A stretch of DNA of 64,000 bases, from positions 695-64,694 of the forward strand of contig DAOMXX010000001.1 of the NCBI GenBank assembly GCA_035437295.1, read 5' to 3'. Origin of the DNA: Hyphomonas sp. (GTDB lineage Bacteria > Pseudomonadota > Alphaproteobacteria > Caulobacterales > Hyphomonadaceae). The position numbers were made by a program, and so were the translations under genes. Shown in pieces: positions 1-8,786 of this stretch. Numbering within the stretch: position 1 is the first letter of the stretch; every line of letters starts with the position of its first letter. A model generated the notes under the pieces. It made no database searches. It saw only the letters and a program-made list of their open reading frames with translations, and had not been told where the DNA came from.

Positions 1-390
1 GGCAAACTCTATACGGGTTTCAGCCTTTCATATCAGGAGGGTGAAGTGGTTAGCGGCAGATTCGACGGGCTTGACCTGGCACAAGTTCCCGAATGGCTTG
101 GCTCTGCAACGTTCAACTACCGTCGGCCAATAGGCGACGACGCGGAAGCCTTTGCAAACCTTGTCTACACGGCGCAGACGGGCGGTGTTCAGGAGTTGTC
201 TGCTACGACGGTACCGCTCGACGATTTTGGACTTGTGAACCTTCGCCTCGGGGCCCGTTTTGGCAAGGTCAGCGTCACGGCCTTCGCCCGGAACCTGACT
301 GATGAGCTCTACTTCGTCGCCCGGGCACCGACCATCAATCGTTACAATCAACCCCGCCTGACAGGAGTCGAGATCCGCTACGACTTCTGA
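1..390 (+). CDS. TonB-dependent receptor, C-terminal part (5' end outside window)
   Basis: Open frame from base 1; ends ...FARNLTDELY...PRLTGVEIRYDF, a typical TBDR last beta-strand with terminal Phe. Confidence 0.88.
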   Translation, partial: GKLYTGFSLSYQEGEVVSGRFDGLDLAQVPEWLGSATFNYRRPIGDDAEAFANLVYTAQTGGVQELSATTVPLDDFGLVNLRLGARFGKVSVTAFARNLTDELYFVARAPTINRYNQPRLTGVEIRYDF

Positions 391-422
391 TCCGGCAACC
401 AGGTTCCTTCCCGAGCAATTTG

Positions 423-454
423 CGCCTGCCGAACTCTCGGCAGGCGTTTTTTTT
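423..454 (+). terminator. Rho-independent terminator
   Basis: CGCCTGCCGA-ACTC-TCGGCAGGCG perfect 10-bp stem followed by T8, between convergent genes. Confidence 0.9.
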
Positions 455-1741
455 CTAGCCGATCGCGCGATGAATCATCTTGACGAATGCCGACGCGGTG
501 GCTGCCAGTTCAATCAAGTCGACCTTGTCTGGCGTGTCCTGGTCGGTGTGATGAAAGCGCCCGGCACCGAATACGCCCAATGCGGAGGTGTAGCCGGCGG
601 CGAGGATCTCACGAAGCTCGCCGGCGGCGTCTTCTGCCGACATGGCGTAGGCGGCTTCAAGTCCTGGCCGGCCGCCAAAAATTTCCCGTGCGAGTGTGTC
701 CAGGCCTTTTGTTGCACCGAGATATCGCTGCGGATCTGGCGAGGGCAGTTTCAGAAGGCTCGGGCCAAGATCATGGAAATCGGCGGACGAGAGGTTCGCG
801 CCAAGATGCACCCAGAGCGCCGTCTCGGCGGGAGTGGGCGCGGCGCGTTCCAGGAACTTGTGCGCCCCCAAGTTTTCATACTCGTGACCCGACGTCGCCA
901 CCAAGTGGATGTCTGCCTCCGGAAGCGACGAGCCAAGCTTTCGTCCGAGTTCGAGAAAGATTGCGATGCCGGGGCCTCGCTCGGAGGCGCAGATTCCCCA
1001 GCCGGATTTGGGCGTGCTGACAACGATCCTCGGGCCGGAGCCTTTGCGGTGGGCGATCAAGTTGTCGGCATGCCTCGTGGGACGCGCCGACGCGATTGAA
1101 AGGCGGGCAGATTGTCCTTGCGCAGCTACCCGAAGGGTCGCCGCGTTGGCCGGAGCAATCGTCAGCATGGGGACGAGATGGATATCGACAGGCGCGTTCA
1201 ACCGGATCGCAAGCCGGGAGGGGCCATTGGTGATGGCGACAATGCCTGCCGATTGCGCTTCGCGCGTGGCCTTCAGCACACGCTGCCACTCCGGTGACAT
1301 CAGGCTGGAATGCCGGCCGAAGCGAGAGTGATAAACCACCAGCTTGCCGCCTAGTTCCGTCGGAGGCAGATCGGCGTGCCAGTGGACGAGTTCTGCCTGT
1401 GTTTCGATGGCCTTTCCCGGCATCTGCACTGGTCCCGAAAGCGTCGTTCCGTCAGACAATGTCAGAGAGCCGGTTTCGCCGTCGCAGGTCGGCACTTCGA
1501 ACCTTTGCCGCCGCGTCTCGTATCCGGCACCGAGCAATTCGCGGTCCAGCCAATCCGTGGTCGCATGGTCGCCAGCGCTACCGGAGAAATGTGCACCAAA
1601 GCCCGCATATTTGGCGATGGCGTGCTCTATTGTGCCAACATTACCTTCTTCGAATTCCAGGGGGCTCGTTTCCGTGACAGATGCGCAGGCGCCGAGCGCT
1701 GCAGCGGCGGGCAATAGCAAAGCGCGTCTTCGACTCATCAT
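455..1741 (-). CDS. Tat-type lipoprotein, PA-domain/M28 peptidase-like hydrolase
   Basis: SRRR plus lipobox LGAC; PA-like insert (AGIV, PMLTI), NLIA, GHE, HHTDQDTPDKVD resemble the M28 fold. Confidence 0.6.
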   Translation of the reverse strand: MMSRRRALLLPAAAALGACASVTETSPLEFEEGNVGTIEHAIAKYAGFGAHFSGSAGDHATTDWLDRELLGAGYETRRQRFEVPTCDGETGSLTLSDGTTLSGPVQMPGKAIETQAELVHWHADLPPTELGGKLVVYHSRFGRHSSLMSPEWQRVLKATREAQSAGIVAITNGPSRLAIRLNAPVDIHLVPMLTIAPANAATLRVAAQGQSARLSIASARPTRHADNLIAHRKGSGPRIVVSTPKSGWGICASERGPGIAIFLELGRKLGSSLPEADIHLVATSGHEYENLGAHKFLERAAPTPAETALWVHLGANLSSADFHDLGPSLLKLPSPDPQRYLGATKGLDTLAREIFGGRPGLEAAYAMSAEDAAGELREILAAGYTSALGVFGAGRFHHTDQDTPDKVDLIELAATASAFVKMIHRAIG

Positions 1742-1782
1742 GCGAAGGTTTCCCTGTTCAGAGCGGTCAAGAAGTGGGGCCG

Positions 1783-3330
1783 CTAGTGCGGCTGGTCGCC
1801 ATATCTCGAAAGGATAAGATCAAGTATCGGTTTCCTGAAACCAGCGACAGTTCGAGTTTCAGGCGCAAAAAGCGCAAGTTCATCGCGTTCAGGATCGTAC
1901 CGGCTCCAGCCGGAGGCCAATGCGCACTCAGGCTGGTGCGTCTTCGCGAACGACGCCCAGCATGTAGATAGCCGGTCAGCGAACATTCTGTCGGAGGGTG
2001 TGAGTTCACCGGCGACGCTCTCGTAGTATTCAGTCGTATCGAATACGTAAGTAATCTCTGATCCATGTGCCGCGCCATCGGACTTTTCACGTCGGCGTTC
2101 GGCAACATAGTCAAAATGATAAAGGAAGCTCGGTGCACCGTCGCTGGTCTCAGTTGCGAGCCACCGGGCTGGAGCGACAAACCAGATGTCTCCCAAAGCC
2201 TGGCGTGCAAACTCAGGATCGGTCGCCGGAAGACCGTAAACAGTCTCTGCTTCGGTCAATTGATCACCGAAATACGCGGTCGCAATTTCGGGGCTCAAGC
2301 CCATCGCCAAAAGGACACTTGCTTCATTGCTGTTTGCCCCGATCATCAAAGGCACATCGATTTCTTCACCGTCTGCGAAAGCCCGAGACGGGGGAGCGCG
2401 AAGGAGGCGCCCATCGATGAACGGATTAACTGAGCCGCTGCTGCGCGTGCCAACGACTTTTACCCAGTCATCAGCGCTTGTTGCTCGTAGGTCGCCAGCG
2501 GTAGCGTCCGCGTCAAGGCCCAGGGCGTTTGCTGCCGCGAGACCAAGCGCTTCCTGTTCTGTTAGAGATTTCGGCGGAAGTAGATTTACGCCGGACTGGA
2601 CAATAGCGGCCGAAAACAAACCCGAAGCTTCGGGCATCGACAACAAAGTCATTGTGCTTACCGCACCGGCCGACTCTCCGAACACGGTGACCCTTGCGGG
2701 GTCCCCCCCAAAAGAAGCGATGTTTGTCTGAACCCAGCGCAAAGCGGCCAGTTGATCCATCAATCCGAAATTGCCGAGGGGCGCTTCCGCTTCGACTTCG
2801 GCGGTTAGTGCAGGATGGGCGAAGTAACCTAGCGCGCCAAGACGATAATTGATTGTGACGACAACTACGCCCTGCTTGGCCAGCTGCGTTCCGTCAAAAA
2901 TCGGAAATGTGCCGGAACCGATCACATGAGCTCCACCATGGATCCAAACCATGACCGGCAGATCGGTTGCGCCTTGTGGGCGCCAGATGTTGAGTTGCAG
3001 GCAGTCTTCAGACTGGAAGTCGGCTACCCCACCAGCCACCACGGCAAGTCGTACTGGTTGCGGGCAGGATGGTCCCATTTTGATGCCATCCCTGACACTG
3101 CTCCAGCTGGCCGCCTCGCCGGGCGGGCGCCAACGCCGCTTGCCGGTCGGTGCGGCAGCAAAAGGTATGTTGAAATAGGTTTCAATCTCGCCGTCGGTCT
3201 TTCCGGAGATCAAGCCCTGGGGTATTTGCAAAAGAGGACCGTCCGTGGGCCTTTCTGTGACTGAGGCGCACGCTTGCAAGGCAGCAAGCAGGACAATTTG
3301 GCCAATCAGCCACCTCCTAATCATTCTCAC
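1783..3330 (-). CDS. Type B carboxylesterase (lipoprotein)
   Basis: SEDCLQLNIW, WIHGG, GESAG nucleophile elbow, HGSE; N-terminal LQAC lipobox. Confidence 0.92.
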   Translation of the reverse strand: MRMIRRWLIGQIVLLAALQACASVTERPTDGPLLQIPQGLISGKTDGEIETYFNIPFAAAPTGKRRWRPPGEAASWSSVRDGIKMGPSCPQPVRLAVVAGGVADFQSEDCLQLNIWRPQGATDLPVMVWIHGGAHVIGSGTFPIFDGTQLAKQGVVVVTINYRLGALGYFAHPALTAEVEAEAPLGNFGLMDQLAALRWVQTNIASFGGDPARVTVFGESAGAVSTMTLLSMPEASGLFSAAIVQSGVNLLPPKSLTEQEALGLAAANALGLDADATAGDLRATSADDWVKVVGTRSSGSVNPFIDGRLLRAPPSRAFADGEEIDVPLMIGANSNEASVLLAMGLSPEIATAYFGDQLTEAETVYGLPATDPEFARQALGDIWFVAPARWLATETSDGAPSFLYHFDYVAERRREKSDGAAHGSEITYVFDTTEYYESVAGELTPSDRMFADRLSTCWASFAKTHQPECALASGWSRYDPERDELALFAPETRTVAGFRKPILDLILSRYGDQPH

Positions 3331-3550
3331 CCCCTCAAATCCAATCGCCCTGACGCGAAGAGCTATGTCGTCCGGGTCAGCGGTTTCATGACGTCATGGA
3401 CAGCTAATCGCGATTTAAATTATCGATAATATCGCAAAAGGTCAAATGGAAGACCGAGGCTTGCTAAGAGAGATCTATCCTTGATCTCGCGAGCTGGTAT
3501 CTGAAATCTTTAGCAGCGGGTGCCGCCGATTGCCGTACGCCGCCGGCGTG

Positions 3551-3586
3551 AAAGAAAAGGTGGCCACCCAAAAGCGAGCGGCCACC
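3551..3586 (-). terminator. Probable Rho-independent terminator after the rhodanese gene
   Basis: Minus strand GGTGGCCGCTC...GGGTGGCCACC stem followed by TTTTCTTT. Confidence 0.7.
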
Positions 3587-3660
3587 GTGTTGTTTGAAGA
3601 AATCGTCTTTGTGCGGCATGTTCTTGGGGCGGCTATCAACCGGCTCAAACGGAGTGCTGC

Positions 3661-4023
3661 CTATGCCCCTTTCAGAGACTTATAACCCTTCAGTCCACCC
3701 GCAATGAGTTTTGCATTGGTGTAGCCCATTTCCCGCAGTGTATTCGCGGAAAGCGCGCCGCGATTGTACGCGTTGCAGTAGCACAAAATCACGGTGTCCC
3801 GGTCGGGAATTATGGCCTCGATGTTCATTTCGAGCTTTCCGCGGCTCAGATGAAGCGAGCCGGGAATGTGGCCTGCGTCGTGCTCCTCCTTGTCCCGTAT
3901 GTCCAGGACGATCGCGCCTTCTTGTTGCAGGCGGTCAACTTCGCACGGTGCGACTTCTTCAACTTTGGCCCGAGCGGCGTCCGCCAAGGCCTGAAACTTT
4001 TCGGAGTAGTTCATGGATGTCAT
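3661..4023 (-). CDS. Single-domain rhodanese (sulfurtransferase)
   Basis: LDIRDKEEHDAGHIPGS, active loop YCNAYNRG, GG near C-end; start set at the ATG after AGAAAGG. Confidence 0.88.
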   Translation of the reverse strand: MTSMNYSEKFQALADAARAKVEEVAPCEVDRLQQEGAIVLDIRDKEEHDAGHIPGSLHLSRGKLEMNIEAIIPDRDTVILCYCNAYNRGALSANTLREMGYTNAKLIAGGLKGYKSLKGA

Positions 4024-4093
4024 GCCTTTCTGGCTTGGTATCTGTCGGGGAGCCGCCTGAGCAACAATGCGAAACGTTGAATGAAGAAAGCGG

Positions 4094-4330
4094 TCAGCCA
4101 TCTGCTTGCCGCCACGCATCCTCGAGCGCGCTGCTGATCGCAGCAAAGGATTGAGGTTGTTCCGGATCTAATGCGTCCGTAACGAGCCGAAGATAGTCCA
4201 GAACACTCTCAGGGCTCACGATGCCGCGCGCATGTAAGTCCAAGGCCCGGCGGAAGAACCGCATCAGAAACTCCTGTTCACTAAGTGTTAGGTGAGTGGC
4301 GCAAGGTCCGGGCGTATCTTTCATCTTCAT
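4094..4330 (-). CDS. Small hypothetical protein
   Basis: 78-aa ORF with AGAGG RBS, co-oriented with both neighbours. Confidence 0.5.
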   Translation of the reverse strand: MKMKDTPGPCATHLTLSEQEFLMRFFRRALDLHARGIVSPESVLDYLRLVTDALDPEQPQSFAAISSALEDAWRQADG

Positions 4331-4480
4331 TAGACCTCTGCTTCGGGGGTAACTGACCAGGACGGACAGATTGGGCGTTTTGAAAAGTTCCTGATGACCA
4401 AGGCGGATGGACAGTCGCTCACTATTTCAATGATGTCCCGGCCGGTGAAGCTTTTTTGTCCACCGGCCAGGTATCAATGC

Positions 4481-5116
4481 TTACTTCGCTGCAATTTCCG
4501 TCAGCCGCAGGTAAGGGCGCAGTTCCTGCCAACCCTGTGGGAAGAGAGATGCGGCTTCTTCATTTCCGATCGAGGGAGGAATGATCACCTTGTTGCCGGG
4601 CACCCAATCGGCCGGCGTCGCAATCCGGTTGGCATCGCTTGCCTGCAAGGCATCGATCACACGCAGGATTTCGTCGAAATTGCGCCCGACACTCATCGGA
4701 TAGGTCATGGTGAGGCGGATCTTCTTCTTCGGATCGATAATGAAGACCGAGCGGACCGCCGCTGTCTCGCTTTGCTCTGGGTGGATCATGTCGTAGGTGC
4801 GAGCGAGAACGAGATCCTCATCTGCGACAATCGGGAACTGAAGATCCGTTTGCTGAGTGTCGTTGACGTCATCAATCCACTTCAGGTGTTCCTCGACAGA
4901 ATCCGTCGACAAGCCGAGTGGCTTGACGTTTCTGTCTGCAAACTGCTTTGCGAGCTGAGCCGTGCGCCCCATCTCAGTCGTGCACACCGGTGTGAAATCA
5001 GCCGGGTGGGAGAAGAAGAAAACCCAACTGTCTCCGGCCCATTCGTGGAAGCTGATCGGGCCTTTGGTAGATGCGATCGTGAAGTCAGGGGCGGTATCGC
5101 CGATACGAAGTGACAT
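4481..5116 (-). CDS. Peroxiredoxin, Prx6/1-Cys type
   Basis: HPADFTPVCTTE, GRNFDEILRVID, TPADW; start MSLRIGD after AAAGGA. Confidence 0.93.
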   Translation of the reverse strand: MSLRIGDTAPDFTIASTKGPISFHEWAGDSWVFFFSHPADFTPVCTTEMGRTAQLAKQFADRNVKPLGLSTDSVEEHLKWIDDVNDTQQTDLQFPIVADEDLVLARTYDMIHPEQSETAAVRSVFIIDPKKKIRLTMTYPMSVGRNFDEILRVIDALQASDANRIATPADWVPGNKVIIPPSIGNEEAASLFPQGWQELRPYLRLTEIAAK

Positions 5117-5261
5117 GGGAGGTTCCTTTGTGATGCTGATTTGCGATGGAAGTGGTGGCGCTGATCTTGTTGCGCACTCTTTAAGTGGCAAATAGAATGC
5201 CACTTATCTAATCGAATTTGCCTGCGTGAGCTATTCAATTCTTTGATGGCTTCGTATCAGG

Positions 5262-5795
5262 TCAATCGGTGGGCTGAGTGGCAGCGGTGTAGGAGCCGTG
5301 GCAGGCAACGCACTTGCCGGTTACGAGTGACACCCGCTCCTGAAGTTCTTCGATGGATTCGGTCTCAGCTGCGTCAGCAAGGGCGGAGAAATCACTGCGA
5401 AGGGACTGGCTGATTTGTGAGAAGCCTTCCGGTGCCTTTTTGCGGAGTTGCTGTCCTATTGTGTCAGGAGCCCGGCGCGTGCTTTGCGCCAGTGCGATTT
5501 CTTTGACCCACTCTCTGTCGGATTCCGCCAGAGCCGAGTTCAGATTTTGTAGATCAACCAAAAACTCCAGAATCTGGCTCTGGATATGAGCACGTTCTTC
5601 GACGGTAACGGCGAAAACTGTTCGGGTTTCAGCAACAAGCGAGTCCGAACCGCTGGCTGCGGATTCCGCAGCCGCCGGAGAAGGCGCATTGAGGGCAGGG
5701 GCTTGTGCCGGTGACAGCTGAGAGAATGCGACGGCCAATGCGGCGCCGCAGGCGCCGCCTCCGACAAAAATCAAGCCTGTCCGTAGAAAGGTCAT
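5262..5795 (-). CDS. Membrane-anchored/periplasmic class II-like cytochrome c
   Basis: N-terminal hydrophobic segment, helical body, C-terminal CVACH haem motif. Confidence 0.8.
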   Translation of the reverse strand: MTFLRTGLIFVGGGACGAALAVAFSQLSPAQAPALNAPSPAAAESAASGSDSLVAETRTVFAVTVEERAHIQSQILEFLVDLQNLNSALAESDREWVKEIALAQSTRRAPDTIGQQLRKKAPEGFSQISQSLRSDFSALADAAETESIEELQERVSLVTGKCVACHGSYTAATQPTD

Positions 5796-5821
5796 AGTCT
5801 CAGTTTCCTTGGGTTTCTGTA

Positions 5822-6286
5822 TCAGAAGCTCAGTATCTGGACATCGGGCGAGGCAATTAGCTGGCCGATGTCATCAGGTTTAGCCGCGCCGACACCGTTG
5901 ATCAGGGCTTCCTTTCCAAAACTACGATTGGGCAAATAGATCGCGCACACGTCAACCTGCACGCCATCGGCAATCAAAGCCTTCAGAAGACCTTGCGGAG
6001 CGGCGCCTTGTGGCTGCAAAGGCGTCGTTGCGCTCTCGGGCGGCTCCAACAATGCGAGGTCACCGCCAGCGCTACAAAGCAAGATCCGTGGGGCCTAACC
6101 GGCTGCCTTTGCGCTTTTGGTGAGAATCAGGGCCATCAACTGAGTTTCAGCATCGCCGCTCGTGATGACCGTTAGCATCGAACCTGTCTCCACCAGTTTT
6201 GGACTAGCGCTTTCGGAGTTTGCAGTCGCGCAGGCGGCGAGTGCCGATGCGGCAAGTGCCGCTGCGATTTGTGAAAACTTGTGCAT
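5822..6286 (-). pseudogene. DsrE-family lipoprotein interrupted by one in-frame TAG (6095-6097)
   Basis: ORFs 6095-6286 and 5822-6082 share a frame: ...KAAG*APRILLCSAGGDLA...VDVCAIYLPN; LAAC lipobox. Confidence 0.75.
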
Positions 6287-6289
6287 GGA

Positions 6290-6838
6290 TTAGCTCCTCT
6301 GATGGCCGTGGCCGCGCCCGCGTGATGAGCAACGCTCGAAGGCGGGTAGATGATTGTCGGCGGAGGCATCTCTCAACGCGCGCAGCACCGAAGAAATGTC
6401 CGGATGGGCTTGGACACTCGGGAGCAATTGCTCATCATAAAGGCGGACATTCTCGATTTCAGCCGCCACACCTATCTGGCAAAGTTCGGCCAAATTCAGG
6501 GAGCGCGTTGCCGAGTCTGGTTGTGACTCGTCCAGCGGAACCGGAACGCCATAGCGTGCATAGATTCCCAGCAGGGCATCGATGTGACGTTGCTCTGCCA
6601 GCGCAATATTGACGAAGGGGCGCACCTCGCCGAACCGTTCGAGGACGACCTGATAGGTAGCCAGAGCTTGGCGCTCGTCTGCGAGTGCGAGGTTTAGAGC
6701 TTCGACGACGGCGACGGGCAAGGGTGACCTTGTTTCCGCAGTCGCTGTCAGAGAGAGAGCAACTGCAGTGGCCGCGACACAACCCCGAACGCCGCGCCCG
6801 CGCAGGTGTCCGTTTGGTTTCATGTTCATCTTACTCAT
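6290..6838 (-). CDS. Exported ferritin-like (DUF2202-like) protein
   Basis: Signal-like N-terminus; DERQA, PFVNIALAEQRH, AEIEN, ASADNHLPAF di-iron-type E/ExxH pattern. Confidence 0.75.
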   Translation of the reverse strand: MSKMNMKPNGHLRGRGVRGCVAATAVALSLTATAETRSPLPVAVVEALNLALADERQALATYQVVLERFGEVRPFVNIALAEQRHIDALLGIYARYGVPVPLDESQPDSATRSLNLAELCQIGVAAEIENVRLYDEQLLPSVQAHPDISSVLRALRDASADNHLPAFERCSSRGRGHGHQRS

Positions 6839-6892
6839 CCGTCATATTCATTCTTGTTGGAGCCGACTGTCTGTAATCACAGTAGGGCGTCC

Positions 6893-7648
6893 TCAAAATT
6901 GCCGTATCATAGCTAGCTTCAGGTTGGTCTGAGGTGACGAATCCGTCAGTCCCAAGAGGACTTCAGTGGTAAGCGACCAGTTTTTTGCGACAGCAATTGT
7001 TGCGAACGGGCCGGCCTGTTGACTTTGCTCGGACGCTGCTCGGAGATCGTCGGTCGAGCCGTAGTCGCTGTAGATTTCAAGGCCGAGACTTCGTTTGCCA
7101 TTAAGTCGATAGGCCAATTGACCTCGTGTTTGCAGAAAAACGCCACTGCGCGCCGCGTCTCCTATCTCTTTAGAGCCAAGAGCGACGGCTCTGACTCGCC
7201 AGCGTTCGGCAAGACTGAACTGGTTAGACCAATCAAGCCGAACGGTCGCCGGGCGACCGTCATCGCGCACCCTTGCATCGAGTCTCAGGCCGCTTTGCCA
7301 GTCCTGGTCATCAGGTGTCACCTGCCAGAAAAGCTGAACACCCAGCAGGTCGAAGTCCAAGTCTGTTGTGGCGGTCTCACGCGATTGCGCAATAACGCGC
7401 AACATCCAGTCATCGTTCAGGGACACCTGGGCGTGCAGCCTGTGGGCGACATTGCCTGTGTCAGGATCAAACCCGATCCTGTACTCGAGGGACTTGTGGT
7501 CTGCCTCAATCTCCGGACCGAAAACGCCGGATGTATTCTGCGCATGCGCCGAGCTACAAATCGCGAGGGCAGCTATGACGTAAATTCCGGTATGACGCCC
7601 GCGCCGAACGTCCTCGCACTTCCACCGGGCTGAGGCTTTCAAAGCCAT
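6893..7648 (-). CDS. Putative outer-membrane beta-barrel protein
   Basis: AHA signal cleavage site, amphipathic strands, terminal Phe; ATG overlaps the upstream stop (TGATG); start uncertain. Confidence 0.65.
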   Translation of the reverse strand: MALKASARWKCEDVRRGRHTGIYVIAALAICSSAHAQNTSGVFGPEIEADHKSLEYRIGFDPDTGNVAHRLHAQVSLNDDWMLRVIAQSRETATTDLDFDLLGVQLFWQVTPDDQDWQSGLRLDARVRDDGRPATVRLDWSNQFSLAERWRVRAVALGSKEIGDAARSGVFLQTRGQLAYRLNGKRSLGLEIYSDYGSTDDLRAASEQSQQAGPFATIAVAKNWSLTTEVLLGLTDSSPQTNLKLAMIRQF

Positions 7649-7776
7649 CATATAAATAGCTTGATGAAGAAGCCGAGCAGGATCACGGCGGCCACACCGA
7701 GCGCCCACAGTCCGACAAACCAGGCGAGTTCTTTTGGGCCTGTTTTTTCGATATGCTTGCGATCCTGTTCTCTCAT
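7648..7776 (-). CDS. DUF2474-like small membrane protein (cytochrome bd-associated), absent from the ORF track
   Basis: MREQDRKHIEKTGPKELAWFVGLWALGVAAVILLGFFIKLFI; ATG overlaps the cydB stop; WF..LW..GV signature. Confidence 0.8.
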   Translation of the reverse strand: MREQDRKHIEKTGPKELAWFVGLWALGVAAVILLGFFIKLFI

Positions 7777-8777
7777 CAGTGGTATCCCGCTTCGGGGTCG
7801 ACCTTGCCGCGGAACACCCAGTAGGAGTATGCGGTGTAGGCGATGATCAGGGGAAGGAGGATCGCGGCGCCAACCAGCATGAAAGAGAGGCTTGCGTTAG
7901 GGGCGGCCGCTTCGTGGATCGTAACCGCACGCGGCACGATGTATGGCGCGATACCGATGCCGAGCCCTGCAAAGCAGAGCGCAAAGAGTCCGATAGCTGT
8001 CGGAAAGGGCACTTGATCCCGCTTTGTGAGCAAACTCCAGGCAAGGATGCCCGCCAGGATCGCGGTCAGCGTAGGCACGGGCATCACGAACAGCAGGTGC
8101 GGGAAGGTGAACCAGCGTTCTGCGATGTCTGGAGACAGGAAGGGTGTCCAGATACTGACCACACCGACAAAGACGAGGGTTGCAAGAGCTGTCTTTCGGG
8201 CAAGCGTATAGGACTGATCGCGCAAGTCACCTTCCGTTTTGAGAACCAGCCAGGTGGTTCCGAGCAAAGCGTAGCCTGCTGTCAATGCGATGCCGCAAGT
8301 CACGGTGAACGGCGTCAGCCAATCCCACCAGCCGCCGCCATAGGCCCGCCCGTCGACTTCTATGCCTTGAACAAAGGCACCGAGAACGATGCCCTGGCAG
8401 AAGGTGGCAATCAGTGAGCCAAAGAAGAATGACCGGTCCCAGATCTTCTCGTGCGCCTTATCGCGCCAGCGATACTCGAATGCCACGCCGCGGAACACGA
8501 GTGCCAGAATCATGATGATGAAGGGCGCGTAAAGCGCTGGCATCACGATCGCATAGGCTAGCGGGAATGCGGCCATCAGACCTCCGCCACCAAGGACAAG
8601 CCAGGTCTCGTTGCCGTCCCAGACTGGGGCGACAGAATTCATCGCGGTGTCTCGGTCCTTGTCGGATTTGAGGAATGGAAAAACGATGCCGATCCCTAGG
8701 TCAAACCCGTCGAGGATGACATAGATGAATATCGCGAGGGCGAGCAGTCCGGCCCAGATCCATGGAAGATCAAACAT
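7776..8777 (-). CDS. cydB: Cytochrome bd ubiquinol oxidase subunit II
   Basis: LDGFDLGIG, PVWDGNETW, ends VFRGKV...GYH (CioB-like). Confidence 0.96.
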   Translation of the reverse strand: MFDLPWIWAGLLALAIFIYVILDGFDLGIGIVFPFLKSDKDRDTAMNSVAPVWDGNETWLVLGGGGLMAAFPLAYAIVMPALYAPFIIMILALVFRGVAFEYRWRDKAHEKIWDRSFFFGSLIATFCQGIVLGAFVQGIEVDGRAYGGGWWDWLTPFTVTCGIALTAGYALLGTTWLVLKTEGDLRDQSYTLARKTALATLVFVGVVSIWTPFLSPDIAERWFTFPHLLFVMPVPTLTAILAGILAWSLLTKRDQVPFPTAIGLFALCFAGLGIGIAPYIVPRAVTIHEAAAPNASLSFMLVGAAILLPLIIAYTAYSYWVFRGKVDPEAGYH

Positions 8778-8786
8778 GCGCTGCTC

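Noticed and set aside
5180-5250. OxyR site upstream of the peroxiredoxin
   Set aside because: AT-rich, but the ATAG-N7-CTAT spacing is not met convincingly
6095-6097. Pyrrolysine or selenocysteine recoding of the dsrE stop
   Set aside because: Sec uses TGA; no pyl genes are visible; the position is not an evident catalytic site
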